Assembly: GCA_963809895.1 (NCBI GenBank)
Contig: CAWELD010000003.1
Coordinates: 1,856,001 to 1,920,000, forward strand
DNA length: 64,000 nt
Direction of reading: 5' to 3'
Source: an uncultured Gemmatimonadales bacterium
Lineage (GTDB): Bacteria; Gemmatimonadota; Gemmatimonadetes; Longimicrobiales; Gaopeijiaceae
Shown here: in pieces, positions 40,616 to 52,082 of the stretch
Position numbering within the stretch: the stretch's first letter is position 1
Layout: each line of letters starts with the position of its first letter
Notes under the pieces: model-generated
Seen by the model: only the letters and a program-made list of their open reading frames with translations
Told to the model about the DNA's origin: nothing
Databases searched by the model: none
Made by a program: the position numbers and the translations under genes

Positions 40616-41818
40616 CTACTGCACCGTATTGATCATGTCGAAGATCGGCAGGTACATCGCCACGATCATCCCGCCCACGATCACCCCCAGGAACACGATC
40701 ATGATCGGCTCCATGGCCGACAACATGGCCGCCACCGCCGCATCCACCTCTTCGTCGTAGAAGTCGGCGATCTTCTCGAGCATCTCGTCGAGCCCGCCCG
40801 TCTGCTCACCCACGTTGATCATCTGGACCACCATCGGCGGGAACACCCCCGACTCCTTGAGCGGCCCCGCGATCGTCTCACCACCGGCAATGCTGGCCCG
40901 GGATCCCATCACCGCATCGTGGATCACCCGGTTCCCCGCCGTCTTGGCCGTGATCTCCAGTCCTTCCAGGATCGACACGCCCGACGACACCAGCGTGCCC
41001 AGCGTGCGCGTGAAGCGGGCCACGGCCGCCTTGCGCTGCAGGTCCCCGATCAGCGGCATCGCCAGCAGCATCCGGTCGACCGTCAAGCGTCCGCCCTCCG
41101 TTCGGTAGAACTGCCGGATCGCGAAGGCCGTCACCATCACCCCTCCCAGCACCGCCCACCAGTACCCCGTCAGGAAGGCCGACAGCCCGATCACGATCCG
41201 GGTCGGCAGCGGCAGCGGCACGCCCACAGAGCTGAACATCTCCTGGAAGGTCGGGATCACGAAGATCAGCAGGATCGTCACCGCGGAGGCGGCCACGGTC
41301 AGGATCACCGCCGGGTAGATCATGGCGCCTTTGATCTTCCGGACCAGGGCGTCGTTCTTCTCCAGGAAGGTGGCCAGGCGGAGAAGGATCGTGTCCAGGA
41401 TACCGCCGGCTTCACCCGCGGCCACCATGTTCACGAACAGGTCCGTGAAGACCCGCGGGTGGCGGCTCAGGGCATCGGCCAGGGTGTGGCCCGACTCCAC
41501 GTCGTAGAGCACGTCCTGGATGATCTTGCGGAGCGACTTGTTCTCCGTCTGCTCGGCCAGGATGTCCAGGGACTGCACCAGCGGGAGCCCCGAGTTGATC
41601 ATCGTGGCGAACTGACGCGTGAAGATCACGATGTCGCGCGTCTTGACGCCCGTTCCGATCTGGAAGCTGATCTCGCGTGACTTTTCGCGGACCGATACCG
41701 GGATCAGCTTCTGACGATGCAGGAAAGAAAGGACCTCTTCCTTGGTCGGAAGCTCGATCTCGCCGGACTGGATGTCCCCGCCGGTGGCGGGACGGGCGCT
41801 GTAGGCGAACGTTGGCAT
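40616..41818 (-). CDS. pilC: Type IV pilus platform protein (T2SS F family)
   Basis: FTRQFATMINSGLPL, AGEAGGILD, GEQTGGLDEML, AMYLPIF. Confidence 0.95.
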   Translation of the reverse strand: MPTFAYSARPATGGDIQSGEIELPTKEEVLSFLHRQKLIPVSVREKSREISFQIGTGVKTRDIVIFTRQFATMINSGLPLVQSLDILAEQTENKSLRKIIQDVLYDVESGHTLADALSRHPRVFTDLFVNMVAAGEAGGILDTILLRLATFLEKNDALVRKIKGAMIYPAVILTVAASAVTILLIFVIPTFQEMFSSVGVPLPLPTRIVIGLSAFLTGYWWAVLGGVMVTAFAIRQFYRTEGGRLTVDRMLLAMPLIGDLQRKAAVARFTRTLGTLVSSGVSILEGLEITAKTAGNRVIHDAVMGSRASIAGGETIAGPLKESGVFPPMVVQMINVGEQTGGLDEMLEKIADFYDEEVDAAVAAMLSAMEPIMIVFLGVIVGGMIVAMYLPIFDMINTVQ

Positions 41819-41826
41819 GGCCTACC

Positions 41827-42970
41827 TCAACCTAAACTGGAGGGCATGGTCTCGCCGACGGACCGCAGGAGCTCCTGCGGATCGGCCGAGCGCTTGAGTG
41901 CTTCCTCCAGCGTGATCTCGTTCTTGAGATACAGCATCTGGAGGGAGTCGTTCATCGTCTGCATGCCGTGCTTCTTGCCGGCCTGCATGAGCGAATAGAT
42001 CTGGTGGATCTTCTCGTCGCGGATCACCGCGCGAATGGCCGGCGTGCACATCATCACCTCGGAGGCGGCGACCCGGCCCCGGCCCTTGGCCCTCGGGATC
42101 AGCGTCTGGGTCACCACGCCCTCGAGCACGAACGAGAGCTGGGCCCGCACCTGCGGCTGCTGGTGCGAGGGGAAAGCGTCGATGATCCGGTTCACGGATT
42201 CCGCGGCGGAGTTGGTGTGCAGCGTGGCCAGCACCAGGTGGCCCGTCTCGGCGATCGTGAGCGCGGCGCTGATGGTCTCCAGGTCGCGCATCTCGCCGAT
42301 CAGGATCACGTCCGGGTCCTGCCGGAGCGCGTACTTGAGCGCCGCGGCGAAGGACTTGGTGTCGGCACCCACCTCGCGCTGGTTCACCACCGAGTTCTGG
42401 TGGCGGTGGATGAACTCGATCGGGTCCTCGATGGTGATGATGTGCGACTTCCGCTCCTTGTTGATCTTGTCCAGCATCGCCGCCAGCGTGGTCGACTTAC
42501 CCGAGCCCGTGGGGCCCGTCACCAGCACCAGGCCCCGGGGCCGCTCGGCCAGCTTGTTGATGATCGGGGGCAGCCCCAGCTTCTCCACACTCTGGATGTC
42601 GTAGGGGATCTGCCGGATGGCCAGCGCCACGCAGCCCCGCTGCTTGAAGGCGTTGCCGCGGAAGCGGGACAGGTTCTGCACCCCGAAGGAGAAGTCCAGC
42701 TCGTCTTCGGTCTCGAAGCGCTTCTTCTGATTCTCGGTGAGGATCGAGTAGGTCAGGTTCAGCGTGTCCTTCGGGCGCCAGGACCTTCGGGTACTGGGAG
42801 TTCACCAGGTCGCCGTCCACACGCACCTTGGGACGCTCGCCCACGGTCAGGTGCAGGTCCGACGCGCCCCGGCTGATCATCTCCTGCAAGAGGTTGCGGA
42901 GACTCAGCTCGGGGATGCGGGCTCCCTCCTCCTTCACGTTCTGCGCGCTGGTACTGGCTTGTTCGCTCAT
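41827..42970 (-). CDS. pilT: Type IV pilus retraction ATPase (frameshift near 42775)
   Basis: GASDLHL, GPTGSGKSTT, ALRQDPDVIL, AETGHLV, AIRAVIRD, GMQTM. Confidence 0.93.
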
Positions 42971-43046
42971 GCCAGATCTCGGGCTCGGGCGTCTTGTTCG
43001 AGGACCCGGACGCTCCGGGCCACGTGGGGAGGATGGTACGGCATCG

Positions 43047-44756
43047 TCAATCCGACGTCTCCTTGACGATCTCTTCCAGCGTGGTGATCCCCCGCTCCAC
43101 CTTCACGAGACCGTCCATGCGGAGCGTGAGCATGCCCTGACGGAGCGCGATCTCCCGGAGGTCGTCGGTGCTCCGCTCTTCCATGATGCCCCGGCGCAGC
43201 TCCGGCGACATGGCCATCACCTCGTACAGGCCCTGACGGCCCCGGTAGCCGGTGCCGTCACACTGCTCGCAGCCCGTGCCCTTGTAGAAGGTCGTCTTGT
43301 TCGCCCAGTCCATGGGCAGCTTGGCCGCGTGCAGGTACTCCTCTTCGTAGGTCGTCTCGGCCTTGCAGTTGGCGCAGATGCTCCGCACCAGCCGCTGGGC
43401 CGTCACCAGGTTGAGGGCCGAGGCCACGTTGAAGGGCTCCATGCCCATGTCGATGAGGCGGGTGACCGTCGAGGCGCAGTCGTTGGTGTGCAGGGTGGAC
43501 AGCACCAGGTGTCCGGTGAGGGCGGCCTTGAGCGCGATGCTCCCCGTCTCCAGGTCGCGGATCTCACCCACCATGATGATGTTGGGATCCTGACGCAGGA
43601 AGGCGCGCAGCGCCGCGGCGAAGCTCATGCCGATCTCGGTGCGCACCAGCACCTGGTTGATGCCGTGGATGTTGTACTCCACCGGGTCCTCGGCCGTCAT
43701 GATGTTGACGGACTCGGTGTTCACCCGCGACAGCGCCGAGTACAGGGTGGTGGTCTTACCCGAGCCGGTGGGGCCCGTGACCAGCACCATGCCGTAGGGC
43801 CGCGAGATGGCCCACATGAAGTCCTGCTCGGCCTTGGGCTCGAACCCGAACTTGGTCAGGTCGAAGGTCAGGTTGCCCTTGTCCAGGATGCGCAGCACGA
43901 TCTTCTCGCCGAAGATCACCGGCAGCGTGGACACGCGGAAGTCCACCACCTTGTTGCGGATCCTGAGCTTGATGCGGCCGTCCTGCGGCACCCGCCGCTC
44001 GGCGATGTTCAGGTCCGACAGGATCTTGATGCGCGAGGTGAGCGCCGCCTTCATCTTGAAGGGCGGCTTCATGACCTCCTTGAGCGTGCCGTCGATGCGG
44101 TAGCGCACCCGCACCTCGCGCTCGTAGGGCTCGATGTGCACGTCGCTGGCGCCTCGCATGACCGCGTCGGTGAGGAGCCCGTTGATGAACTTCACCACCG
44201 GGGCCTGGTTCACCTCCGCCTGCAACGCGGACAGCGAGACGTCCTCCTCCTCGTCCTCGACGAACTCGACGTCCTCCTCGATCAGGTCCTCGAGGATGTC
44301 CGCCATGCGCTGATCGGCGCTCTCGTAGTACTTCTCGATCTGATGTCGGAGCGTGTACTCGCCCACCACCACCGGCTCGATGTCCAGCCGCGTGATGAAC
44401 TTCAGGTCGTCGATGGCCCCCATGTCGGTGGGGTTGACCATGGCGACCGTGAGCGTGCGTCCCATGCGCCGCAGCGGGAGCACCAGGTGCTTGAACGCCA
44501 CCTCGCCGGGCACCAGGCGGAGGATCTTGGGATCCACCTCCACCTTGTTGAGATCCACGGCGGGCACCCGGTACTGCCGGGCCAGGACTCGGGTCAGCGC
44601 GTCTTCGGCGACGTAGCCGAGACGCACCAACGCAAAACCCAGCCGCGTGCCCTCCTTGCGGGCCTCGCGGAATCCCTCCTGAAGCTGATCGTCCGATACC
44701 AGTCCCTCGCGGACGATCAGATCGCCTAGTCGATCCTGGGCGACGTTGGTGGCCAT
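43047..44756 (-). CDS. pilB: Type IV pilus assembly ATPase
   Basis: MshEN-like RLGDL, ASDVHIEP, GPTGSGKTT, LRQDPN, CxxC/CxxC zinc site. Confidence 0.95.
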   Translation of the reverse strand: MATNVAQDRLGDLIVREGLVSDDQLQEGFREARKEGTRLGFALVRLGYVAEDALTRVLARQYRVPAVDLNKVEVDPKILRLVPGEVAFKHLVLPLRRMGRTLTVAMVNPTDMGAIDDLKFITRLDIEPVVVGEYTLRHQIEKYYESADQRMADILEDLIEEDVEFVEDEEEDVSLSALQAEVNQAPVVKFINGLLTDAVMRGASDVHIEPYEREVRVRYRIDGTLKEVMKPPFKMKAALTSRIKILSDLNIAERRVPQDGRIKLRIRNKVVDFRVSTLPVIFGEKIVLRILDKGNLTFDLTKFGFEPKAEQDFMWAISRPYGMVLVTGPTGSGKTTTLYSALSRVNTESVNIMTAEDPVEYNIHGINQVLVRTEIGMSFAAALRAFLRQDPNIIMVGEIRDLETGSIALKAALTGHLVLSTLHTNDCASTVTRLIDMGMEPFNVASALNLVTAQRLVRSICANCKAETTYEEEYLHAAKLPMDWANKTTFYKGTGCEQCDGTGYRGRQGLYEVMAMSPELRRGIMEERSTDDLREIALRQGMLTLRMDGLVKVERGITTLEEIVKETSD

Positions 44757-44956
44757 ACCGTGCGGGTTTCCTCTGGTGGGAAGGGGGGTGCCCGGTTGTG
44801 ATGGAAGCGACAAAGGCCCACACCCTGCCCGTGCCGGCGCCCTTCGGGAACGGCCCGCCGACTCGAACAGGGAAACGGATGTAGTCATTTCAAACGTAGG
44901 CCGGCCCGGCGCCACGGGTCAAGCATCGTAAAACGGGCCTGGCAAGCCGGCCCCGG

Positions 44957-45646
44957 TCATCCTCCTCCGAGGCGCACGAGCGGCTTCAAGCGCGCCAGCA
45001 CGGCGGGCCCGATCCCCCGCACGCGCAGCAGGTCGTCGGGGGTGCGGAAAGGCCCGTCCCGCTGCCGCGACTCCAGGATCCGGCGGGCCAGCGCCGGCCC
45101 GATTCCCGGGAGCGCCTCCAACGCCCCGGCGTCGGCGTGGTTCACGTCCACGGCGGCGGGCGCCGCCGCCTCGTCCGCCGCCGGTCCCACCAGCGGCTCG
45201 TAGCCCCGGGCGCCGTCGTCGGCGTCCCGCACCAGCGCCACCGAGGCCGGCGGGCGCGAGAAGTCCAGCCGGTCCCGGAGCCGCGTCACCGTGGCCGGCC
45301 CGATGCCCCGCACCCGGGTCAGGTCGTCGGGCCCCCCGAATCCCCCCTCTCGGGTGCGGAAGGCGACGATGGCCCGCGCAACCGACGGCCCCACGCCGGG
45401 GAGCCGCTGCAGCTCGGGCTCGTCGGCCCGGTTGGGGTCGATGCGCTCGCCCGGCGCCAGGGGGGTGGCCGCCCGCGCCTCGGCGTCTGCCGCCGCCCGC
45501 GCCGCCGAGTCCAGCGCCGGCAGCGCCGAGCGGGTGCCGGGCAGTTCGGGCGCAGGGTGGACCCGCTCCACGCCCCAGCGCACGAGCCCGGCCACCAGGA
45601 GCGTCAGCGCGGCCTTCACCAGGGTCCCGCTCTCGCTCTGCGTCAC
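44957..45646 (-). CDS. comEA: ComEA-like DNA-binding protein with two helix-hairpin-helix modules
   Basis: IDPNRA..ELQRLPGVGP and VDVNHA..LEALPGIGP; N-terminal membrane anchor. Confidence 0.85.
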   Translation of the reverse strand: MTQSESGTLVKAALTLLVAGLVRWGVERVHPAPELPGTRSALPALDSAARAAADAEARAATPLAPGERIDPNRADEPELQRLPGVGPSVARAIVAFRTREGGFGGPDDLTRVRGIGPATVTRLRDRLDFSRPPASVALVRDADDGARGYEPLVGPAADEAAAPAAVDVNHADAGALEALPGIGPALARRILESRQRDGPFRTPDDLLRVRGIGPAVLARLKPLVRLGGG

Positions 45647-45734
45647 CCCTCACGGTGGCCGCGCCCCGCGGGCGATGGCATGGCCCGTTGCGCCCCTCCG
45701 CCCGCCGTCGCCCGCGCGCCCCCGCGTCAGCGCG

Positions 45735-48700
45735 TCAGCGCGCGCCGGGAAGCCCGGGCGCACCGGACAGCCCCGGCAGCCCCATGGCGCCGGCCTCGAG
45801 CAGGAACTGTCCGAAGACCGAGAGCTGGAACTGGGTGGAGCCCCGGCGCTGGCCCACGTACGACTGGCGGTCGGTGTAGCTGGCCTGGATGCCCACCTCG
45901 AGGCTCCGCACCTGGGAGTCCAGGGTCATGGAGAGCGCGCGGTTGAGCTGGTCCACGAAGGCCACGCACTCGGGCCGGCCCACGGGCACGCGGCACTCCC
46001 GCTCGGCGACGTAGCTGGCCAGGAGCGACAAGCGCACGGGCCGGCTCACGCGAGCGGCCAGCCCGAAGGGCGGCAGGAAGGACGAGGTGACGGACAGGCG
46101 GTGGGTGGTGCGCTCACGCTCGGTGTCGCCGGTGGGGTCCTCGCCGGTACCGGTCTCGAACCCGGCGCGGTACGACGTCACCAGCCCGCCGGCCCAGGCC
46201 AGCGTCAGGTCCAGCGGCACGCTGCGGTCGTCGAGCAGGCGCCGCTGCGCCGCCTGGCCGTAGACCAGTTGCCGCCGCGCCCGCCGGATCCCGGCCGACA
46301 ACGAGATGCGCTCCAGGGCGCCCCCGAGTACGTCGCCGGCGGGCAGACCGTCGACGCTGGCCCGCAGGTCCGGCCAGGTCTCGGTGCGCACGGTGCGGTC
46401 CGCGCGCGTGTCCAGCGTGGCCACCTCGGTGCGGGCGTAGGTGGCGTCCAGCCCCAGGTGGTCGGCCAGCACGCCCCAGCTCACCTGATGGGCGCTCCGG
46501 TCGGTGAGGGTGGCGGCGGTGTCGCCGTCCAGCACCCGGTAGCCCCCCAGCCCGGTCCAGCCGAACTGGTAGCCCAGCCCCGGATCCACGGGGTCGCGGT
46601 TGAAGCGCGAGAACAGGCCTCCCTGCCAGGTCCAGGACACGGGGCGCAGGTGCCGGAGCACGGCGCCCAGGAATCCCCCGTCACCCGCCTCCGCCCCACC
46701 CAGCGCCTGGGCCAGCGCGTCGGGCTGGAAGCGCGACGAAGGTTCGCAGCGAGCGCTCGCCGCTGGCGTTCCGCTGCAGAAAGACCAGGCTGTCCAGCGG
46801 CTGGGGGATGACGCCCACGAAGCCCGGGTTGCGGTCGCTGTCGTAGCGGGTGGTGAAGGTGAGGTCGTGTCGGAGCCAGGGGACCACGCGCGGGCGGTAG
46901 GACACGGTGGTACGCAGGCTGCGGTTGGTCTCCCAGCCCAGGTCCACCCCGGCCACCTCGGCCCGCTGGTCCTCCAGGAGCTGCTGCACGTCGGGGTCGG
47001 CCACCACGTCTTCCGGGCGCAGCAGATCGCGGGTGGACAGGAAGGTGAGGTCGGCGGTCAGCGATCCCAGGGGCCGGAAGGTGACCTCCGCCGCCGACTC
47101 CAGCGCCTCGCGGGGCGCCTCGGTGGGGGTGACCAGCGAATCCTCCGGCGTCTCGATGATGCGCTGGTAGCGGAAGATGCGGTTGTCCTGGCGCGAGAAC
47201 GACGTGCCCACGATGAAGCGCTCCGGCGACCAGCGCACCCTGGAATCCAGGACCTTGTCCTCCAGGGGCTCGGGCAGGAGCAGGCGCACGAGCCCCTCCA
47301 TGAAGCCGGGGATGGGATCGAACTCCCGGGGCTCCAGACGCCGGTCGTAGCCCAGGCGCAGGTCCATGCCGCTGGCCTCGAGGCGCGAGGTCACCGTCGA
47401 CGAGCGCGCCTTGTACCAGGCCACGTTGCCCTCGAGCCCGTCCATGACCGCCCCCAGCAGGGGGTTCGCCATGGGGGTGGTCTTGCGGAAGCCCAGCGAC
47501 ACGCGGGTGCGCCGGGAGCCGGTGTCGCGCAGGTCACCCAGGCGGTCGGCCCGCACGTCGGAGTCGGTGAGGAAGGTGGGGTCCACGGTGGCGCGGTCCA
47601 CGGTGAGCGACAGCGGCAGCTCCACCCCCCACTCCGCCGGGGCCAGCCGCTCCAGCCGCGCCCGCGAGGTGAAGGTGAGGCGGCGGTCGGTCTGGTAGGT
47701 GGCCCCCTCGCTCGAGCTGGTGGAAGAAGGCGCCCCTGGAGGACAGGGTGAGCTGGTTCTGCAGCACGTCGCCGGCGTTGAGCGAGGCGTTCACCACCCC
47801 CGCCAGCCCCGCGTCGTGCACCCCCCGGGACAGGCGCAGCTCGTCGATCCACACCTCGCCGTCGAAGGGGGTCGGGCCCCGGTTCCACACGCCCACGGCC
47901 AACTCGCGCACGTTGGCCAGGTCCGGCGCCCGCCCCCGGTCCCGGAGCACCACCGCGTAGGTGGAGTCCTGCGCCCACAGGGTGAGGGGCGGATCACCGG
48001 GTCCCCGGGGATTCAGGTTCAGGTCCTCCTCGGCGCGCCGGCGGAGCTCCTGCAGCACGCCGAAGTCCACCACCACCTCGGGCAGCCAGTCCGAGGGGAC
48101 CACGCCGCCGGGGTCCGAGGGGCGCCGGAGCGTGGTGCGGTACAGATAGAAGTTCTCCGGGTCGGTGCCGATCTTGAGGAAGAACGACACCGGGCGCTCC
48201 TCGCCCCAGTCGCCGGAGCGGGCCACCACCCACAGACGGGCCTCGCGGTAGGAGAGGAAGTCCCGGGGCCGCTGCGGAAAGCGGCTGTAGACCTCGGCCC
48301 GCTCGCCGGGCTGGATGTCCTCGACCTTGAGGCTCAGCGACTTCTCGTTGAACTCCACCCCGGTGCCGCCCACCGCCGAGGTGGGGTCGGCGAGCTGCTC
48401 GAGCACGCCGGGCGGCGAGGCGTAGGCGTCGCCCTCGGTGACCCGGCTCACCGGACCCACCTCGACCCGGCCGCCGGCGGCCAGGGTGTCGCCGATGATG
48501 CCGGTGAGCACGCCCTCGATGCCGCGCTTGATCCAGCGCGAGCCCACGATGCGCATGCGGGCCAGGGTGATGTCGGTGCGGTTGCCGCCGGTGACGGTGA
48601 TGCGCAGGTGGCGCACGGCCCGCAGATCCGCCTCGGTGACGGGCCCGTTCACCTGCGTGGCCAGCGTGGAGCGGATGGGGATGCGGTAGAGGCGGAACTG

Positions 48701-51700
48701 GGTGCCGGTCTCGGAGCGGCTGCGGGCCAGGAAGGGCGACGAGCCGCTCAGGTGGATCAGGTAGCGGAGCGAGCGCTCGGCGGTGTCCAGGTTGCCGTCG
48801 CCGTCCAGGTCCTCGGTGTCGTTGCGGCCGTTGCCCCGGGTGCACACGGCCCGGGGGTCGCCCAGCCGGTAGATGCGGCCGGGCTCGGCCTGGCACGACT
48901 CGCCCCACACGCCCAGCGCGTCGGCGGCGTTGCCCCACACCTCGCCCCGGGCCGGGTCCGCCTCCTGATCCAGCAGGCCCAGCCCCCACGGCACTCCCGA
49001 CTCCTTCACCCCCGAGGTGCGCCCCTCCTCGTCGACGAACATGGCGTCTTCGCTCACCGTGCCCAGGTCCACCACCAGATCCGTGCCCTCGCCCCCGGCC
49101 ACGTAGAACTCGATGAACTCGCTCTTGGTCAGGTCGAGGCCCGTGGTGCTCAGGGTGGTGGTGATGGAGGACCAGGCGCGGCCGCCGAAGCCGGGATCGA
49201 AGGTCAGGCGCAGCCCCGGCTCCCGGGTGCGGGTCCCCGCCACCCGGATCTGCTGATCGATCTCCTCGCGGGGCAGGAATCCCTCGTGGATCCCCACGCT
49301 GTCGCCGGCCTGCGACTCCTCGATCCAGGTGTGCTGCCACACCAGGTCGGCGAGGGTGGAGGCGTCCAGCGGCGAAGGCAGCGAGCCTTCGGCGCCCTCC
49401 GCCGAGGTGGGCGCGCTGCCCCGGTTCCAGTCGTAGGCCAGCAGCGAGAGGCCGCGCTCGTCGCCGGCGTCGAAGTCGTCCAGGAAGACGTCACCCCGGG
49501 TGTTGGGATTGGGAAGCGACAGCGCCACCTCGCCGTCCATGGCGAAGGAGGAGCGCTCGCCGACCCGCAGCCCAGGGATCTCCGACAGGACCTGATCCAG
49601 CCAGGTGACGTCGCGGCGCACGCGGCCGTTGAGCCCACCCAGGAGCGCGGCGCCGGGCTCCAGCCCCAGCACCGGGCGCTTCACCAGCGTCTGCTCGGAG
49701 CGGTAGAGGGTGAGCAGGTCCAGGCTGCCCCGGTCCGAGCCGCCCAGGTGCGCGTTGAAGCCGAACACCGAGGTGGGTGCCTGGCGGAAGACCTGCTTCT
49801 GCTCCCAGGTGGCCCGCACCGGCGCGTCGGGGTTGGCGGCGAACAGCGCCTCGGGATCCAGGAGCGTGACCTGGCCCACGTCGTAGTCGATCTCGTAGTC
49901 CACGCCGCGCACCAGCACGCGGTCGCCCAGGTAGACGCGCTCGCTGCCGTCGACGATGCCCAGCGCCCCCAGCGAGAAGGACGAGATGACGCCCTCACTG
50001 CGCACGCGGTAGGGGATGGTCAGGCGGAAGCGTCCCCCGCTGTCCCGCTCGTAGGGGTCCTCGCTCTCGTAGATGCGCCGGTTGGCGTCGTCGGCCAGCA
50101 GCTCGGCCGCCTCGGCGGCGGTGAGCCCCACCCCCGGGTTGGCCGGCGGGTCGGCGAAGGGGTGCAGCGTGGGGAACACCACGAAGGTGCCCTGCACGCC
50201 GCCGGCGTCCTGGAAGAGGTCCTGGGCCGGCGAGTACACGAAGCTCGGGTCCACCTGGTCCACGGGGGATTCCTGGTCCAGGCCGAAGAGCTGCAGCCAG
50301 GTGACGTCGCGGCCGTCGGTGGCCCGCTTGAAGGTGCGGCCCGCGCTGGGCTCGCCCAGCGAGATGGTGACCTCCACCGAGCTGCGCTCCACGTCGGGCG
50401 CCGCGCTCACCCGGTAGATCTGGTGCATCTCCTGCTCCCAGGTGGGCCGGCCCGGCTGGTGGTTGGCGCCCGAAGCCTTGAGCAGGCGGAGCTGGGGGCG
50501 CCCCCCGGCGGTATAGACCCGCTCGGGGTTGTAGGTGCCCACGGTGTCGCCCACCGCGGTCACGTAGGTCACCGCCAGCATCTCGTCGCGAGACAGGGGA
50601 TTCCTGAGCGCGATCCACAGCCCCGAGGGGTGCACGTAGTAGTCCTGACCCGGCACCAGGTAGCGGAACCAGCCCGACTCCACCACGCGCCCGCCGTCGC
50701 CCTCGGCCACGGCGTCGGCCTGGATGTAGCCCTCCACCTGCTGGCGGGCCGCCGGGTCGTTCTCGTAGCGGTAGAGCTGGACCGGCTCGATGCCCGGCAC
50801 CACCTGGGGCGGCGCCGCGCCGGCGTTCAGGTCCAGCACGTCGACGTGGGGATAGTCGGTGAGGAGGCGGGGGTCCACGAGGAAGAAGAACTGGCCCCGG
50901 TCGTAGTCGGCGTCGTCCAGGACCAGCGTGTCCTCCTGCACGAAGCGACGCTGGTTGCCCACGCCGGTGAGGCGGAACTCGCGCGACGACAGATCGCCCT
51001 TCTGCTCGGCCCACACGCTGCGGAAGTCCAGCGGGCCGAGCTGCCCCTCGGCCTGGAAGCCGAAGTTGCCGGCGGGGATGCCCTGGGTCAGGTAGCGGGA
51101 GCGGGGCAGCCGGAAGGTGACGTCACCCACCTCGAAGCGCTTGAGGATGTCGTCTTCCTGTCCCTCGTAGACGATGGAGATGGTGTTGGTGGCGCCGAAC
51201 TCACGGAGCTGATCGTAGTCCACGTCGACCTTCACGCGGTCGGCCACCGTGCCCTGGATCTGCACCGCCAGGTTGACGTCGGGCTGGAGCTGGGGCAGGA
51301 GCGTGGGATTGCAGCTCTCCTGGAACTGGTCCACGCAGGGCCGGTAGCGGGTCCAGTCGCCACCGAGCTCGGTGCGCCCCCGCACCCGGAGGCCCGAGCT
51401 CGGCGTAGCGCGACACCAGGCCCGACAGCTCCTCGCTGCCCACCGCCGCCGGCGGCGGCTCGCCGGCTCCCGGCCCCGCCGTGTCCGGCGGCAGGAAGGC
51501 CCGCGTCGGCGGGGGCGCGCCCGCCCGGGCCACGCGGGCGGCGATGAGCCCCGTCACGATGGCGTCGTCGAACGCCGACCTTCCCCCCGCAATCGCCAGA
51601 CGCACCGGAGGCGCCGTGGGCCGGCGCAGCCAGGGCAGGCGGTCGGCGGCGCGGGGCACCAGGTCCTGGAACGAGGGGGCCTCCACCACCCGGGGGCTCA

Positions 51701-51914
51701 GGCCCAGGTACACCAGGGGCGGACCGGCGGCGCCCGGCCAGCGGGGCGGCGGGCCCACGGGACGGGGCGCCAACAGGTCGGGCCGCAGAATCGTGTCGGC
51801 GCGGGCGAAGCGGGCCCCGGGCGCCGGCCGCGGGTGGAACGCGCCTCCTTCCTGTGGCGGCGGCGGGCGGACCACGCCCAGAATCGCCATCAGAGAAAGG
51901 AAGAAGAGACGCAT
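45735..51914 (-). CDS. sprA: SprA/Sov-like large outer-membrane protein, split by about three or four frameshifts
   Basis: YEGQEDDILKRFEVGDVTF, DYEIDYDVGQV, DDFD, DTEDLDGDGNLD, GEVWIDELRL; C-terminal beta-strand pattern. Confidence 0.7.
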
Positions 51915-52082
51915 GGCCTCGGCTCAGTCGAAGGACCGGTTCGCGCTGCGGCGGGTAGGAGGCGTTGCCGCGTTTCCGCATCGGCCGGTTGAGCGGAATC
52001 GCGGCGCCGGTATACCTTCGTACCTCACCGAGTACGCGACAGTCCGCCGGGGGTTTCCCGGCCCCCGGATCGCCCCGACGGC

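Noticed and set aside
44757..44956. c-di-GMP riboswitch upstream of pilB
   Set aside because: No recognisable GEMM consensus; only a possible TTGACC-N18-TACGTT promoter
41827..51914. Programmed frameshifting or pseudogenisation of pilT and sprA (also LytS/LytTR, AbiEii, AbiJ)
   Set aside because: Single-base indels are scattered through unrelated genes without consistent slippery sites; assembly error is the simpler explanation
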